Shown piece by piece: positions 49,510 to 59,638 of a stretch of DNA of 64,000 bases. Numbering within the stretch: the first letter of the stretch is position 1; the number at the start of each line of letters is the position of its first letter. Source of the stretch: an uncultured virus (IMG/VR IMGVR_UViG_3300030098_004604) (lineage: Duplodnaviria; Heunggongvirae; Uroviricota; Caudoviricetes); the IMG/VR virus record IMGVR_UViG_3300030098_004604, positions 1 to 64,000 of that record. One strand, written 5' to 3'. The translations under genes and the position numbers were made by a program. The notes under the pieces were generated by a model. It was not told where the DNA came from and ran no database searches. It worked only from the letters and a program-made list of their open reading frames with translations.

Positions 49510-50550
49510 ATGGGCACAGATCCAAAAAGCTTTAATTACAAAGAGTATAGTGCTCCATCCAATAGCAACGTTGTTGATGGCTCAGATGCTCTTGCAAACC
49601 GGGGGATGGTTATCTCCTTTATGCACATGCCATCTGGCAAGGAATTGTTCTTTAAAGCCTTCATTAACACGTTTAACGAGACCTACTCATCTGATTGGGC
49701 AGGCGAAACCGTTTACGGCCGCGCAGATCCCATCTACATGTTCAAGAACACCCAGCGCAAGATTGCTTTGGGGTTTATGGTGCCTGCTGCATCGGCCGGA
49801 GAGGCTTACCAAAACTTAGCCAAGGCCCAACAGCTTGTACAATTTTTATATCCAATGTATACGGAAGTACAGAGCGCTACGACCATCGCACAATCGCCAT
49901 TAGTACGCTTAAAGTTCGCCAACCTTCTTCAGAAAGTGGACAGCGCCGCCGGCACCAACACAAAAACACCGAGTAGCACGTATGCTGACTATAAGTCTTC
50001 TAACGATGCGTCCCAAGGTTTGTTAGGGGTCATTACAAATTGCACGATCAACCACAATTTAGACAATTTAGACATCGGCTCCATTCAGAAAGGGAGCGGG
50101 GAGGCTTTGGAAGCTTTGATGTCGAAGGGTATTGAAATTATCATTGACTTTTCCCCGATTCATGAGCACACAGTAGGGTGGATTGGCAAAGACGGAAGTG
50201 CCACCCCAGAGTTCGCTGCACCAAACTTTCCGTATGGGGCACAGCTTTCTAGCACCGCAAATGCACCAGCAACCGCAACTTCTGGCTCAGCAAATGCCAC
50301 CGGCGGCGATGCCGATGCACCACTCCCAACAGGCGATGGAGGAACAACGACCGCAGCAGAAGCAGCAGCCGCAGCAGAGCCTGAGCCCGCAGCAACGCAG
50401 GCTGCTCAAGATTCAGCAGTTGCTGCTGTTGATGGGCTTGAGACTGCAGGGGATGGTCTGACCGATAACTGGAAAGGCGGCCGGAAACCTTCGATTGGTC
50501 ACCACGCCGGCAGCCGTCGGCGACATGTCGTTTGGGATCCCCAGACCTAA
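49510..50550 (+). CDS. Baseplate tube-initiator-like protein
   Basis: FNETYSSDW...YGRADPIYMFKNTQRKI motif; position after tape measure. Confidence 0.6.
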   Translation: MGTDPKSFNYKEYSAPSNSNVVDGSDALANRGMVISFMHMPSGKELFFKAFINTFNETYSSDWAGETVYGRADPIYMFKNTQRKIALGFMVPAASAGEAYQNLAKAQQLVQFLYPMYTEVQSATTIAQSPLVRLKFANLLQKVDSAAGTNTKTPSSTYADYKSSNDASQGLLGVITNCTINHNLDNLDIGSIQKGSGEALEALMSKGIEIIIDFSPIHEHTVGWIGKDGSATPEFAAPNFPYGAQLSSTANAPATATSGSANATGGDADAPLPTGDGGTTTAAEAAAAAEPEPAATQAAQDSAVAAVDGLETAGDGLTDNWKGGRKPSIGHHAGSRRRHVVWDPQT

Positions 50551-50568
50551 AAACAAGAGAAAACATTT

Positions 50569-50907
50569 ATGCCTTCAAGATACAACAAATCACGAAAAAT
50601 ATTCAACAATACCGAATACTATGAGCCATTGCGCAAGTCGCGTGATTTAAAAGAAGTTGAGCAGTACGCGACATTTCCTTTGGCCAACCCTACAGTTAGC
50701 CAACGCGCCAGCACAGTGACAAATACTCACATCTGGAAGTATGGTGATCGGTTGTATAATCTTGCTCACCAATACTATGGAGATACACGATATTGGTGGG
50801 TTATTGCGTGGTGGAATGGCTACTGTATGGAATCTCAAATAAAAACAGGAGCCGTCATTTATATTCCCCTTAACTTAGAAGAGGCGCTACCGGCGTTGGG
50901 GGTGTAG
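50569..50907 (+). CDS. LysM-like baseplate wedge protein (gp53/tail X-like)
   Basis: GDRLYNLAHQYYGDTRYWWVIAWWN...IYIP. Confidence 0.8.
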   Translation: MPSRYNKSRKIFNNTEYYEPLRKSRDLKEVEQYATFPLANPTVSQRASTVTNTHIWKYGDRLYNLAHQYYGDTRYWWVIAWWNGYCMESQIKTGAVIYIPLNLEEALPALGV

Positions 50908-50908
50908 A

Positions 50909-53900
50909 ATGAGCAAGGATTCGCATGCGTTTTTGCTTAGTTTGCAAGAGTACGCGCTGACTGATCGCGACCTCGCGGTCACCGCCACAACCACCATCGA
51001 GCAGGAAATAAGCACCGCTGCAGCAGCGGTCTTCGACGCAAATACCAGAGAAGGTGGGGCCATTGACGAGGAATCAGATCCACAGTATGACCCTGAAACA
51101 CATACGAGCTTTGAATTATGGACGGGCGATAAACACGGAACAGACGTTGCAAAAGAGGCATGGAAAACCACAAATACGGAATTAAGCAAATATCTTACTC
51201 CGGAGATAGTGTATGGGGGATGCAGTTCAAAGGCAATGATTGAAATTCTTGGCCCGCACACGCCTGAGATAGCAGACGATGAATATGCATGGCAGAATCT
51301 TCAAAGTAAATACGACGAAGAGGGTAGTATGTATGCCCTGATAGACACGTTATCTCAGAAAGACAGTAGCGACGCCGGTGAGGACACATACGGAAAGTCA
51401 TCGGTAGCGACCTTCGAAGAATATGGATTTGATCCCTGCGATCCTTCTAAATATGATTATGCTTCCTTCCAAAATTGGCTAGCTGACGTCACAGGAAAGG
51501 TTTATGGGTCTTCTTTAGGGAGATCTATAAATAAGAGCATACGAGATAAACAGTCTAAGTGGTACAATAATACTTTGCTGGCTAAGGCTACATATGCGAA
51601 AGATATTGTTGCCGAGACTGAAGCTGCCGCAGCACAGACGGGCAAGAAAATCGCAGCCTATTCCCGAGTAGATAACATCAAATTTAAAGAGCAGTGCTTT
51701 TTGTTATCAAATGTGCAGGCGCTCTCCATGATTAAGAAGAATCTTGAGGCTCAAGTTCCGAAAGCCAAGCCGAATAACACACCCGAAGGTAATGCTTGTG
51801 TCCTCCTGCAGGGAGATCCATTTGGGCTCATCAACAAGCTAACACAGAATGCCCACAAGGAAGAATTTTTTGAAATGCCATCGGCGGCACTTAGTTCCCT
51901 GCAGCCGATGATTAGATTGTATAAGGTGGTGGCTGATGAGACCGGCAAAAATGAGAGACAGGTGGAGATCAAATTTGACTCTCACTATAGTGTTGAGGAT
52001 GCCAAGGATCTTTTGACCAATAAAGCTAATCGTGGCCATGGAGTTGGTATATCAAGCTTCAATTTCTCATATGAAGCAAACAACCCTTACGCGATCAAAA
52101 AGAGTATTAAAGCTAAGCTTGTGATTCACGCGAACAACTTCTCAGAGTTGCTGCGGGATCGAAATGGCACCGTTGATCCATCTAAGAATGCTCCTTATGC
52201 ACCACCGGGTAAGCCAGTCCCTTATCGCTACATTGACTTGGCCATGAAAACATGGGATCCAGATGGCGCCACACGTGACATGAACAAGATCAACCCGCAA
52301 CAAAGAGAAGTGGTTCAGAAGAATATGGACAAGCTCACTTTTCGCCTTAAGGCGGTTATTGGCTGGGCGAACCCGTCAGCCAAGTCAACGAAGACCGCGA
52401 GAAACACTTGGGCCACAGCTACGGATGGCCGCATTACGCCCAATATTCTTGACGCGATATATGATTCGTGCATTACTTTGAATTTAACCCCAACAGTTCA
52501 TACGTTTGACATTGATGAGATGGGTCGCGTTAAGTTTACCTTAAACTACTTGGCATATGTGGAAGATTTTTTCGATGCCCCGAGCTTTAATATATTCACA
52601 GATCCAGTAATCGCCGTTAAGCAGGTGATTCGTAAATCTAGATACAAACAACTAAGTGAAGATTGCAATAGTAAAGAGGTTAATGAGATTAAAAACTCTG
52701 AAAGTGAAACAAAACAGATTGAACGAGAAAAAGTTCGCAACTTTAGATATCTTATGAATAGCATGCTCAAGAAAAAGAAGATGAGATTTATGGAAGTGCC
52801 ATTGGAGGAGTTGACCAAATATAGACAAGGGGGGCCTTTAAAGCAATTAGATGGCAAGCTTTTACAAAAGTTTGCTGAGGATATGCGCAAGGCAGACGCA
52901 AGTCAGATTGTCGGCACTGCTAGTAAAACAGACGCCGTGGGCAACAGTATCAATGCGGCCGTCGATGCAGCGGCCAAAGAGGCGACGCAGAATAAAAAGA
53001 CTACCGATCCGGCCGATCCCGGCGATGACTCCAAAGCAAAGTCTGGCTCAACAGGTAAAACGCCGACTGCCACCGAAGTAGAGAATGCCTTAAACCCCCT
53101 ACAGACAGTAGCGTTTTTCTATGTGTCCGATTTGATGGATGTGATGCTAGAAAACATAGGGACCACGCTCAAAGGGCTTCCGGATGGCATTAGGAATCAC
53201 AAAAAATATAAACTATACACTGAGCTAATGGAGCAGGAGGCCGTAGACTATACACGCTATGCTGAAAATTTTGCGAGATTTCGATTAGCGTTGGGTCCTG
53301 TAGAGCTTATTAATTCCAACAAGGAAGGCAAAGTGATGGAATCCTTTTTTGTAAACTTTGGCGATATTCCTATCTCGGCTAAGTACTTTATGGAATTTTT
53401 GACAACCAAAGTTTTGAAGACTGATCGACAAGCATACCCTCTCCCTAAATTTTTAAATGACTTTTTTAATGAACTTATTCGCGACTTTCTTAACAATGAC
53501 ACTTGCTATGGCAACAGGGCTAAACAAAAGACAAGAGTATCACAATCTTCAATTACTTCATATAAGAAAAAGGCCCCCTTGGACAATATTACGGCTGCGA
53601 TGGGCAACGCCTCCCGCTTGGACATCACAAACTACAGCGGTGAACAGCTGCCTATTCTCGACGTATATGGCGAGCGAGGAAGCCCGGTTTCCAGCAAGGA
53701 CATTAAAGATGAAACTAACTTTTTGATTTTCTTTGCGGCTCGTACACAGCCAACAGACATTATGCGCGGCTGCAAAGGCGGCATGAAGCACAAATGTTAT
53801 GATGACAATGGGGTAGAGATTTTGGGCGATCACGACCGAGGGCTTTGGCACTATCAAATCGGAAAGGACCGAGGAATTGTAAAAACTATTCAATTGGAGA

Positions 53901-54361
53901 AGACTGATTCCCCGGGTCTTGCCGAGGTGCGGTTTGAGCAAGAGGGGTATGATGGCCTTGCCCAGTTGCGCGTGCTATATGACGCAAAGATTAAAACTTA
54001 TTTGGATGTTAACGCCTTCCCCGGAAGTTATATTTATATAGAACCACGCGGCTTTGATCCCGGCGCTGTCTCAACAGACTTGACAAGGATGGGCGTCGGT
54101 GGTTATTATATGATCATACGCTCCTCACACACTCTCGGTGCAGGAATGGCTGAGACTGAGATAACGGCGAAATGGGTAGCTGAAGTGGACAAACACATTG
54201 AAGAGAAGGGCAAAGCAGACGAGAAGCCAACCAAAAAGAAAAGTAAGTGCTATAGCGATGGTGATCGAAAGAGCAAGTCGCAAGAGCAACCATTCAGTGA
54301 CTGGTTTGGATCGTTTTTTAGTGATTCAAAGGGCAAAGATGATGGCACAACAAAGAAATAG
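50909..54361 (+). CDS. Large baseplate hub-like protein
   Basis: C-terminal 'PGSYIYI...GGYYMIIRSSHTL...ETEITAKW' resembles hub (gp27/gpD) C-termini; position. Confidence 0.5.
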   Translation: MSKDSHAFLLSLQEYALTDRDLAVTATTTIEQEISTAAAAVFDANTREGGAIDEESDPQYDPETHTSFELWTGDKHGTDVAKEAWKTTNTELSKYLTPEIVYGGCSSKAMIEILGPHTPEIADDEYAWQNLQSKYDEEGSMYALIDTLSQKDSSDAGEDTYGKSSVATFEEYGFDPCDPSKYDYASFQNWLADVTGKVYGSSLGRSINKSIRDKQSKWYNNTLLAKATYAKDIVAETEAAAAQTGKKIAAYSRVDNIKFKEQCFLLSNVQALSMIKKNLEAQVPKAKPNNTPEGNACVLLQGDPFGLINKLTQNAHKEEFFEMPSAALSSLQPMIRLYKVVADETGKNERQVEIKFDSHYSVEDAKDLLTNKANRGHGVGISSFNFSYEANNPYAIKKSIKAKLVIHANNFSELLRDRNGTVDPSKNAPYAPPGKPVPYRYIDLAMKTWDPDGATRDMNKINPQQREVVQKNMDKLTFRLKAVIGWANPSAKSTKTARNTWATATDGRITPNILDAIYDSCITLNLTPTVHTFDIDEMGRVKFTLNYLAYVEDFFDAPSFNIFTDPVIAVKQVIRKSRYKQLSEDCNSKEVNEIKNSESETKQIEREKVRNFRYLMNSMLKKKKMRFMEVPLEELTKYRQGGPLKQLDGKLLQKFAEDMRKADASQIVGTASKTDAVGNSINAAVDAAAKEATQNKKTTDPADPGDDSKAKSGSTGKTPTATEVENALNPLQTVAFFYVSDLMDVMLENIGTTLKGLPDGIRNHKKYKLYTELMEQEAVDYTRYAENFARFRLALGPVELINSNKEGKVMESFFVNFGDIPISAKYFMEFLTTKVLKTDRQAYPLPKFLNDFFNELIRDFLNNDTCYGNRAKQKTRVSQSSITSYKKKAPLDNITAAMGNASRLDITNYSGEQLPILDVYGERGSPVSSKDIKDETNFLIFFAARTQPTDIMRGCKGGMKHKCYDDNGVEILGDHDRGLWHYQIGKDRGIVKTIQLEKTDSPGLAEVRFEQEGYDGLAQLRVLYDAKIKTYLDVNAFPGSYIYIEPRGFDPGAVSTDLTRMGVGGYYMIIRSSHTLGAGMAETEITAKWVAEVDKHIEEKGKADEKPTKKKSKCYSDGDRKSKSQEQPFSDWFGSFFSDSKGKDDGTTKK

Positions 54362-54399
54362 AAAGAAAGCTAATTAGAAGAGAGAGGGCAAAAAAAGAT

Positions 54400-55692
54400 A
54401 TGTCAGCAGAACACGCCAAAGGGAACACAGAGGGCGCCCGCGCACTTTTTAACAAGAGAATAAAGTATAGAGATGAAGCTCTATTGCCACAGGCATCCGG
54501 ATATCCGGATGGTTCAACATCCGCAGTGACTGCTTTTATGGCCGAAAAGTTTCTTTATGGGCGCGTAGACCGCGATTTCGTGCCGATGGCCATGAAACAG
54601 ACGCACCAAAAACGCCACCTTAAGGCGATCTCTAGCGCACAATCTCAAGAACAGAACATGCGCGCAATGCATTTTGTAGTGGATGCCTTTAATGCCATGG
54701 CACAACAGTTTGCCAAGTGCGCCATGATGGGAAAGATAGACAATACGGATCCATTTCTTTCTCAACTTAAGGTATATCGAGCTTTTGAAGATCCTAAATT
54801 GGCATACCAACAATATATGAGTCGATACATAGCCCTTCTCAAGGTTAATGCCAATTCCGACCCCTTAAATCAGATAGAAAACTTTGAACAATTTGAAAAG
54901 GTAATTGTTGAGTCGGTAACATTAACGGGCATTTCATCGCCCGTGACTTACCCCGGGTTTGTTAAGAGTCGTCGTTGCCCAATTACAGTTTCTGGACTTG
55001 TCATTGAAGTGGCCAATTCAGACGCTTCAGACGACGAGGCTAAAGTAGCTCAGTTTTTAAAAAGCAGGAACTGGGATTTTTTCGCCAATGCCGCAGCCAC
55101 ATATGGATTTATGATTGACATGAATGTCCCTTGGCGTCTAGTTGCGGACATCGGCTCATCGGCAATGCTCCAGTATGCTGCCAAGTACGGCATGGACACC
55201 ACAGATAAGGTGTTATCCATGTGCTATGCTCCTGTTGCCCCTGTTGCTGCTTCTACGCTGGACAAGCAATTGCTCAACATGTACAACAAGGTGAAGCCCG
55301 AAGTCATTCTTCATAGTGAAGAGTGTGGGGGCAATGCAGTAATGCGACAACGAACTCCGGCTCAATATAACTCTCGCAAGCGACTCAAGGAAGAGTTGGG
55401 GTTCGAACGATTTCTATCACTTTACTGCAATATGCGATTTTTAGAGGAAGAAAGCATGTATACAGAAAACGAGAAACACCTTCTTATTGACGACACCGTA
55501 GAGATGGCTAGGTTACGCGGTCTTAGCATTGCCATTGGCAAGTTCGAAAGAATTTTAAATAAACCATTTGACTATTCTGGCTCTTTGAGTTATTATGTTA
55601 ACTATGCCAAGTTAGCTGACGAGCAGAAGGAGGCTGACGCCTCCGAACGCGATGCATACGAGGCTTATGGCAGTATCCCGCAGGAGAGGTAA
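54400..55692 (+). CDS. Hypothetical protein
   Basis: 430-aa ORF, no recognised motif. Confidence 0.6.
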   Translation: MSAEHAKGNTEGARALFNKRIKYRDEALLPQASGYPDGSTSAVTAFMAEKFLYGRVDRDFVPMAMKQTHQKRHLKAISSAQSQEQNMRAMHFVVDAFNAMAQQFAKCAMMGKIDNTDPFLSQLKVYRAFEDPKLAYQQYMSRYIALLKVNANSDPLNQIENFEQFEKVIVESVTLTGISSPVTYPGFVKSRRCPITVSGLVIEVANSDASDDEAKVAQFLKSRNWDFFANAAATYGFMIDMNVPWRLVADIGSSAMLQYAAKYGMDTTDKVLSMCYAPVAPVAASTLDKQLLNMYNKVKPEVILHSEECGGNAVMRQRTPAQYNSRKRLKEELGFERFLSLYCNMRFLEEESMYTENEKHLLIDDTVEMARLRGLSIAIGKFERILNKPFDYSGSLSYYVNYAKLADEQKEADASERDAYEAYGSIPQER

Positions 55693-56868
55693 GTGCTTTT
55701 TCAAACTCTGGATGACAAGAGCGAATGTGTGGGAGTCTACGCTGACGGTAGCTTGCACTTCGACACCATCCCCACAGGTCTGACTAAAACATGGAAATAC
55801 ACAGGATCGATTAAAGATCCGGCCGTGGAGTACGCTTGGATTTATGCCGGCGGTGGCACACTGGAGCAAAGCTGCCCGGATGAACTGAAGGAAGATTGGC
55901 AACGATGCCAGAAGCGCTTCGCGGCATACCGTCGGGCATTTGAGATTGGTAAGATTGATCTTCGGGAACACTGCTTTTTTGATCTTGTGCCCTCAACCTT
56001 TTTGGAAGACTTCTGCGACGTTAAGAATAAGATCACCGAGCACGTGTTCGCCAACACAGAGCGCCCGGAAAACTATGACATGCTCGATGGCTTTCAGAAG
56101 CTGATCCACAAGATTAAATACCAGAACCTGAACCTGAATAAGGAAGGTTGTCGACAGCTGTATCATAGCACCGTTGGCAGGCGCAAGGCCAATGAGCTTA
56201 TGAAGAGTCATTATTATATCGACTACAACCTCTTCGGGACCGTCACAGGGCGCCTTACTACACGTCGAAATTCGTTTCCTATACTGACACTCAAGAAAGA
56301 ATTTCGGAAGCTTGTGAAGCCGCATAACGACTGGTTCGTGTCATTGGATTACAACGGGGCGGAGGTCAGAACGCTGCTCCATCTCTCTGGATATGATCAG
56401 CCCAAGACCGACATCCACAGCTGGAATGTTAAGCACTTATTTAATCAAGACGTCGACCGAGATACCGCCAAGACGCTCTTCTTTGCATGGCTTTATAACC
56501 CTGATTCGGACGCTATCGAAACAAAGTATTATGATCGTAAAAAAGTGCTTGACAAATGGTACGATGGGGATTATATTAGTACACCATACAAGAGAAAGAT
56601 CAAAGTTGATGAGCGTCGCGCACTCAATTACCTCATTCAGAGTTCAACCTCTGATCGAGTGATGAGTCGAGCGGTCGAGATTGATAGATTTCTTGAGGGC
56701 AAGAAGTCTTTTGTGTCTCACATAGTCCATGATGAGATTGTGATTGACTTTTGTGATGAGGACCGGGAGCACTTAAAAGAAATGAAACAGATTTTTGAAG
56801 TTGATGATTTCTCTGCTAATCTCCGCGCTGGCAAGAATTACCTAGAGTTGGAGGAGTTGAAAGTATGA
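55693..56868 (+). CDS. Family A DNA polymerase, short form without recognisable exonuclease domains
   Basis: TVTGRL, motif A LDYNGAEVR, motif B RDTAKTLFFAWLY, NYLIQS, motif C VHDEIV. Confidence 0.85.
   Translation: MLFQTLDDKSECVGVYADGSLHFDTIPTGLTKTWKYTGSIKDPAVEYAWIYAGGGTLEQSCPDELKEDWQRCQKRFAAYRRAFEIGKIDLREHCFFDLVPSTFLEDFCDVKNKITEHVFANTERPENYDMLDGFQKLIHKIKYQNLNLNKEGCRQLYHSTVGRRKANELMKSHYYIDYNLFGTVTGRLTTRRNSFPILTLKKEFRKLVKPHNDWFVSLDYNGAEVRTLLHLSGYDQPKTDIHSWNVKHLFNQDVDRDTAKTLFFAWLYNPDSDAIETKYYDRKKVLDKWYDGDYISTPYKRKIKVDERRALNYLIQSSTSDRVMSRAVEIDRFLEGKKSFVSHIVHDEIVIDFCDEDREHLKEMKQIFEVDDFSANLRAGKNYLELEELKV
56549..56577 (+). promoter_or_regulatory. Intragenic sigma70 promoter
   Basis: TTGACA-17 nt-TATATT inside the polymerase gene. 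Confidence 0.5.
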
Positions 56869-57707
56869 TCTCCATCATTGGTTTGGGCACCGGAGGCTCC
56901 AACATAGCGACCATGTTCAAGGAACTGCCACAGTATAATGTATATTGCATTAACGACAAGGTAAAGCGTACGTCGAAGTATAACTTCAAACTTAAGACTC
57001 AAGCAACCCCCGAAGAGTGCGAGAGGGATATCCCAGACATGTCCAAGTTCTTTAGTGCTGTCGATGACCATGTTCAGTTTTTTGTCATTGGCTCAACAAT
57101 GAGCAGCAACTATTCTCTCGGTATTCTGGAACAGATCAAGGACAAAAAGATAGACTTGTTCTATGTGAAGCCAGATACAGAGTTGCTTTCGGGTGTGCCT
57201 CGCTTGATGGAGAACGCAGCCTTTGGAATACTTCAAGAGTATGCACGCTCTGGCCTTCTGAATAGCATCACTTTGATTTCCAATTTGAAGATGGAAGAGA
57301 CGCTAGCATCAGTACCAGTTAAGCAATACTATCAGTCGTTGAATAGCTTGATTAAGTCGAGCGTACATTATATTAATTACTTCAATCACAACGAGCCAGA
57401 AATCGGAATCACCACGACTCCCTCTGAGGTTTGTCGAATTAGAACCTTGGGTATGGTTGATATGCAGAAACTTCAAGAAAAGTGGTTTTTTGAGCTTGAC
57501 ATCCCCCGTGAGGTGTGCTATTATTTATGTATAAATGAGGAAAAACTTGCAAATGATGGCTCTCTTCACAAACGCTATGTGGACATTCTTAAAGAAAAGC
57601 CGAGGAACGCTTTCAGAAATGTGTCATATGCTATTTACGAGACCCCATCGGGTAGAGACTTTGGCTTTTGCGTGGCCAGAACGAACGCAATACAAGAAAA
57701 CTCTTGA
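56865..57707 (+). CDS. Divergent FtsZ/tubulin-like protein
   Basis: IIGLGTGGSNIA first loop, V.PD, LISN, and R...G spacing match the FtsZ fold; GGGTG signature is degenerate (IGSTMSS). Confidence 0.65.
   Translation: MISIIGLGTGGSNIATMFKELPQYNVYCINDKVKRTSKYNFKLKTQATPEECERDIPDMSKFFSAVDDHVQFFVIGSTMSSNYSLGILEQIKDKKIDLFYVKPDTELLSGVPRLMENAAFGILQEYARSGLLNSITLISNLKMEETLASVPVKQYYQSLNSLIKSSVHYINYFNHNEPEIGITTTPSEVCRIRTLGMVDMQKLQEKWFFELDIPREVCYYLCINEEKLANDGSLHKRYVDILKEKPRNAFRNVSYAIYETPSGRDFGFCVARTNAIQENS
57496..57524 (+). promoter_or_regulatory. Intragenic sigma70 promoter
   Basis: TTGACA-17 nt-TATTAT with extended TG. Confidence 0.55.
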
Positions 57708-57732
57708 CAGGCTAAGTCAAGTGTGTTACATT
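57704..57732 (+). promoter_or_regulatory. Sigma70 promoter for ssb
   Basis: TTGACA-17 nt-TACATT with extended TG. Confidence 0.7.
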
Positions 57733-57789
57733 AGATACTAAGGAACGCTTAGTATACTTTATCTAAACAGAAAAAGGAGAAAATAGATA

Positions 57790-58563
57790 ATGCCAATTGA
57801 TATGGAACTTATGCGACGTAAGCTCGCAACCCTTCGCGGAGAAGGAAACAAGGACAACGGAAACTCTCCGTGGTTCAAGCCCGATGAGGGCGATACTGAT
57901 ATTCGGATCGTGCCAAGTAACGACGGCGATCCGCTCAAGGAAATGTTTTTCCACTACAATGTAGGAAATCACAAGGGTGGCGTGCTTTGCCCCAAGCGTA
58001 ACTTTGGAGAGCACTGCCCAATTTGTGAATTTGCTTCCTCACTTTGGCGAGAGGGAGTTGACAACAACGACGAGGAGAGCAAGAAGCTCGCCAAGTCCCT
58101 TTTCGTTCGCACCCGCTACTTCTCACCAGTTGTAGTTCGTGGTCGCGAGGACGAGGGAATCAAGGTATACGGCTACGGTAAGACCGCATACGAATTGCTT
58201 CTCGGCTACATCCTCGATCCGGAGTATGGCGACATCACAGACGCTGATGAAGGCACCGACATTACTCTGACATACACCAAGCCCACTAAACCGGGTGCCT
58301 ACCCCCAGACGAGTCTCAAGATGCGTCGTAACACGTCCACCCTTCTGGACGACCCTGAAGCGATCCCTGCCCTTCTTGATCGCATGCCAGACTTTGACTC
58401 TCTTTTTGAGCGTTTGTCGTCTGCTCAGGTCGATGCCATCCTCGATGAACAACTTTCAAACGATGGTTCCGCAGAAAGTCGTTCGTCTGAGACAGCCAAA
58501 TATGGTCCCGCCAACGGTAAGAGCGATGTTGACCGTGCATTTGATGAGCTAATGAGCGGCTAG
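57790..58563 (+). CDS. Single-stranded DNA-binding protein (T4 gp32-like)
   Basis: WFKP...IRIVP, H/CP...CPIC Zn site, YGDITD...G.DI, acidic tail DRAFDELM. Confidence 0.85.
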   Translation: MPIDMELMRRKLATLRGEGNKDNGNSPWFKPDEGDTDIRIVPSNDGDPLKEMFFHYNVGNHKGGVLCPKRNFGEHCPICEFASSLWREGVDNNDEESKKLAKSLFVRTRYFSPVVVRGREDEGIKVYGYGKTAYELLLGYILDPEYGDITDADEGTDITLTYTKPTKPGAYPQTSLKMRRNTSTLLDDPEAIPALLDRMPDFDSLFERLSSAQVDAILDEQLSNDGSAESRSSETAKYGPANGKSDVDRAFDELMSG

Positions 58564-58574
58564 TATAAGTAGGC

Positions 58575-58584
58575 NNNNNNNNNN
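58575..58584. other. Assembly gap (10 N)
   Basis: N run flanked by duplicated AGGC. Confidence 0.95.
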
Positions 58585-58597
58585 AGGCTCTAGGGGC

Positions 58598-58630
58598 GCC
58601 GATGGCAGACCGGTCAGCAAATAGTCTGCC
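58598..58630 (+). promoter_or_regulatory. Putative H-type RNA pseudoknot, copy 1
   Basis: GCCG-AT-GGCAGAC-CGGT-cagcaaata-GTCTGCC. Confidence 0.55.
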
Positions 58631-58715
58631 CCCTTTTAAACTTTAGGTTGGTAGTGCCTAGCATAAGTCCGATGGCTGCAAAACTACAACAGACATAACA
58701 AAAAAGGAGAAAATT

Positions 58716-59630
58716 ATGTCAACTACAATAACCGGTAATGTTAAATTACCAAAAACAGACGATATCATTGTCATAGGCCGGCCCGGTAAGTATGCTGACG
58801 TTTCGGTTAATATTCAAGGTGATATTAACCGAGATACGGACAGCGGCAGAGTAAAGAAAAACCTCAAAGAAGGCTGGAAGTGGACCTTATATAGTCCTAT
58901 CATTGTTGCAGTTTTTCCCAATGAGAAAAAGCTGCTTCTAGATGGCGATCACCGCCGACATATGTATCGTTTGACTTTTCCAGATGCGAAAACTATTCCG
59001 GCATATCTGATTGAAGTTGAGAGCTTGGAAGACTACCATAGGCTTTTCTATGAGGTCAACTGGGAGAAGCGTAAAAACGCCACCAAAGAAGAGGTGTTTG
59101 TTCACCAAGTTAAGGCTAAGATTCCAGCCGCTCTCGCTTTAAATTTGGAGCTAATCCGTTGTGGTGTTAGTATCTATGGCTCTTCAGACAAGGGTGGCGT
59201 TGTCGGCTTTGTCGGGGGACCTAACGTGAGTGTGGGCGCCTTTCGGCGTACACTAAAGCGCGGTTCTGATGAGGCAAAGATGTCTATTAATATTTTGAGG
59301 AATGCGTGGCCCAACGACACCAAGCTTCAAGGAGAATTGATGGAAGCAGTTGCTTTACTGTATAATGTTTATCCAATTCTGGCCGATCAACAGTCCAAAA
59401 TCTCAAAAGATTTTGATAACTGGTTTGTGAGGCATTTAGGCATGTATTCGCAACACAATGCTGCGGCAGACTATAAGTCTCGCGGCGGTAGAGTCCACCA
59501 CCGGCATGCAGAAAGTATTGCTCGCGGCTTAATCACTGATTATCGTCGCGCCCAACTTACTAACGGGGTGACCGCAAAATACAAGCAGAAGAAATTGAGC
59601 CTTAAGTTGATCAACAACCTTATTGATTGA
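58716..59630 (+). CDS. ParB/Srx-like domain protein
   Basis: PIIVA...LLDGDHR motif of ParB-N-like domains. Confidence 0.6.
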   Translation: MSTTITGNVKLPKTDDIIVIGRPGKYADVSVNIQGDINRDTDSGRVKKNLKEGWKWTLYSPIIVAVFPNEKKLLLDGDHRRHMYRLTFPDAKTIPAYLIEVESLEDYHRLFYEVNWEKRKNATKEEVFVHQVKAKIPAALALNLELIRCGVSIYGSSDKGGVVGFVGGPNVSVGAFRRTLKRGSDEAKMSINILRNAWPNDTKLQGELMEAVALLYNVYPILADQQSKISKDFDNWFVRHLGMYSQHNAAADYKSRGGRVHHRHAESIARGLITDYRRAQLTNGVTAKYKQKKLSLKLINNLID

Positions 59631-59638
59631 CACATAAA

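Noticed and set aside
41954..54361. Bacterial contractile injection system or tailocin
   Set aside because: Capsid, portal, terminase and replication genes are contiguous, so this is a phage
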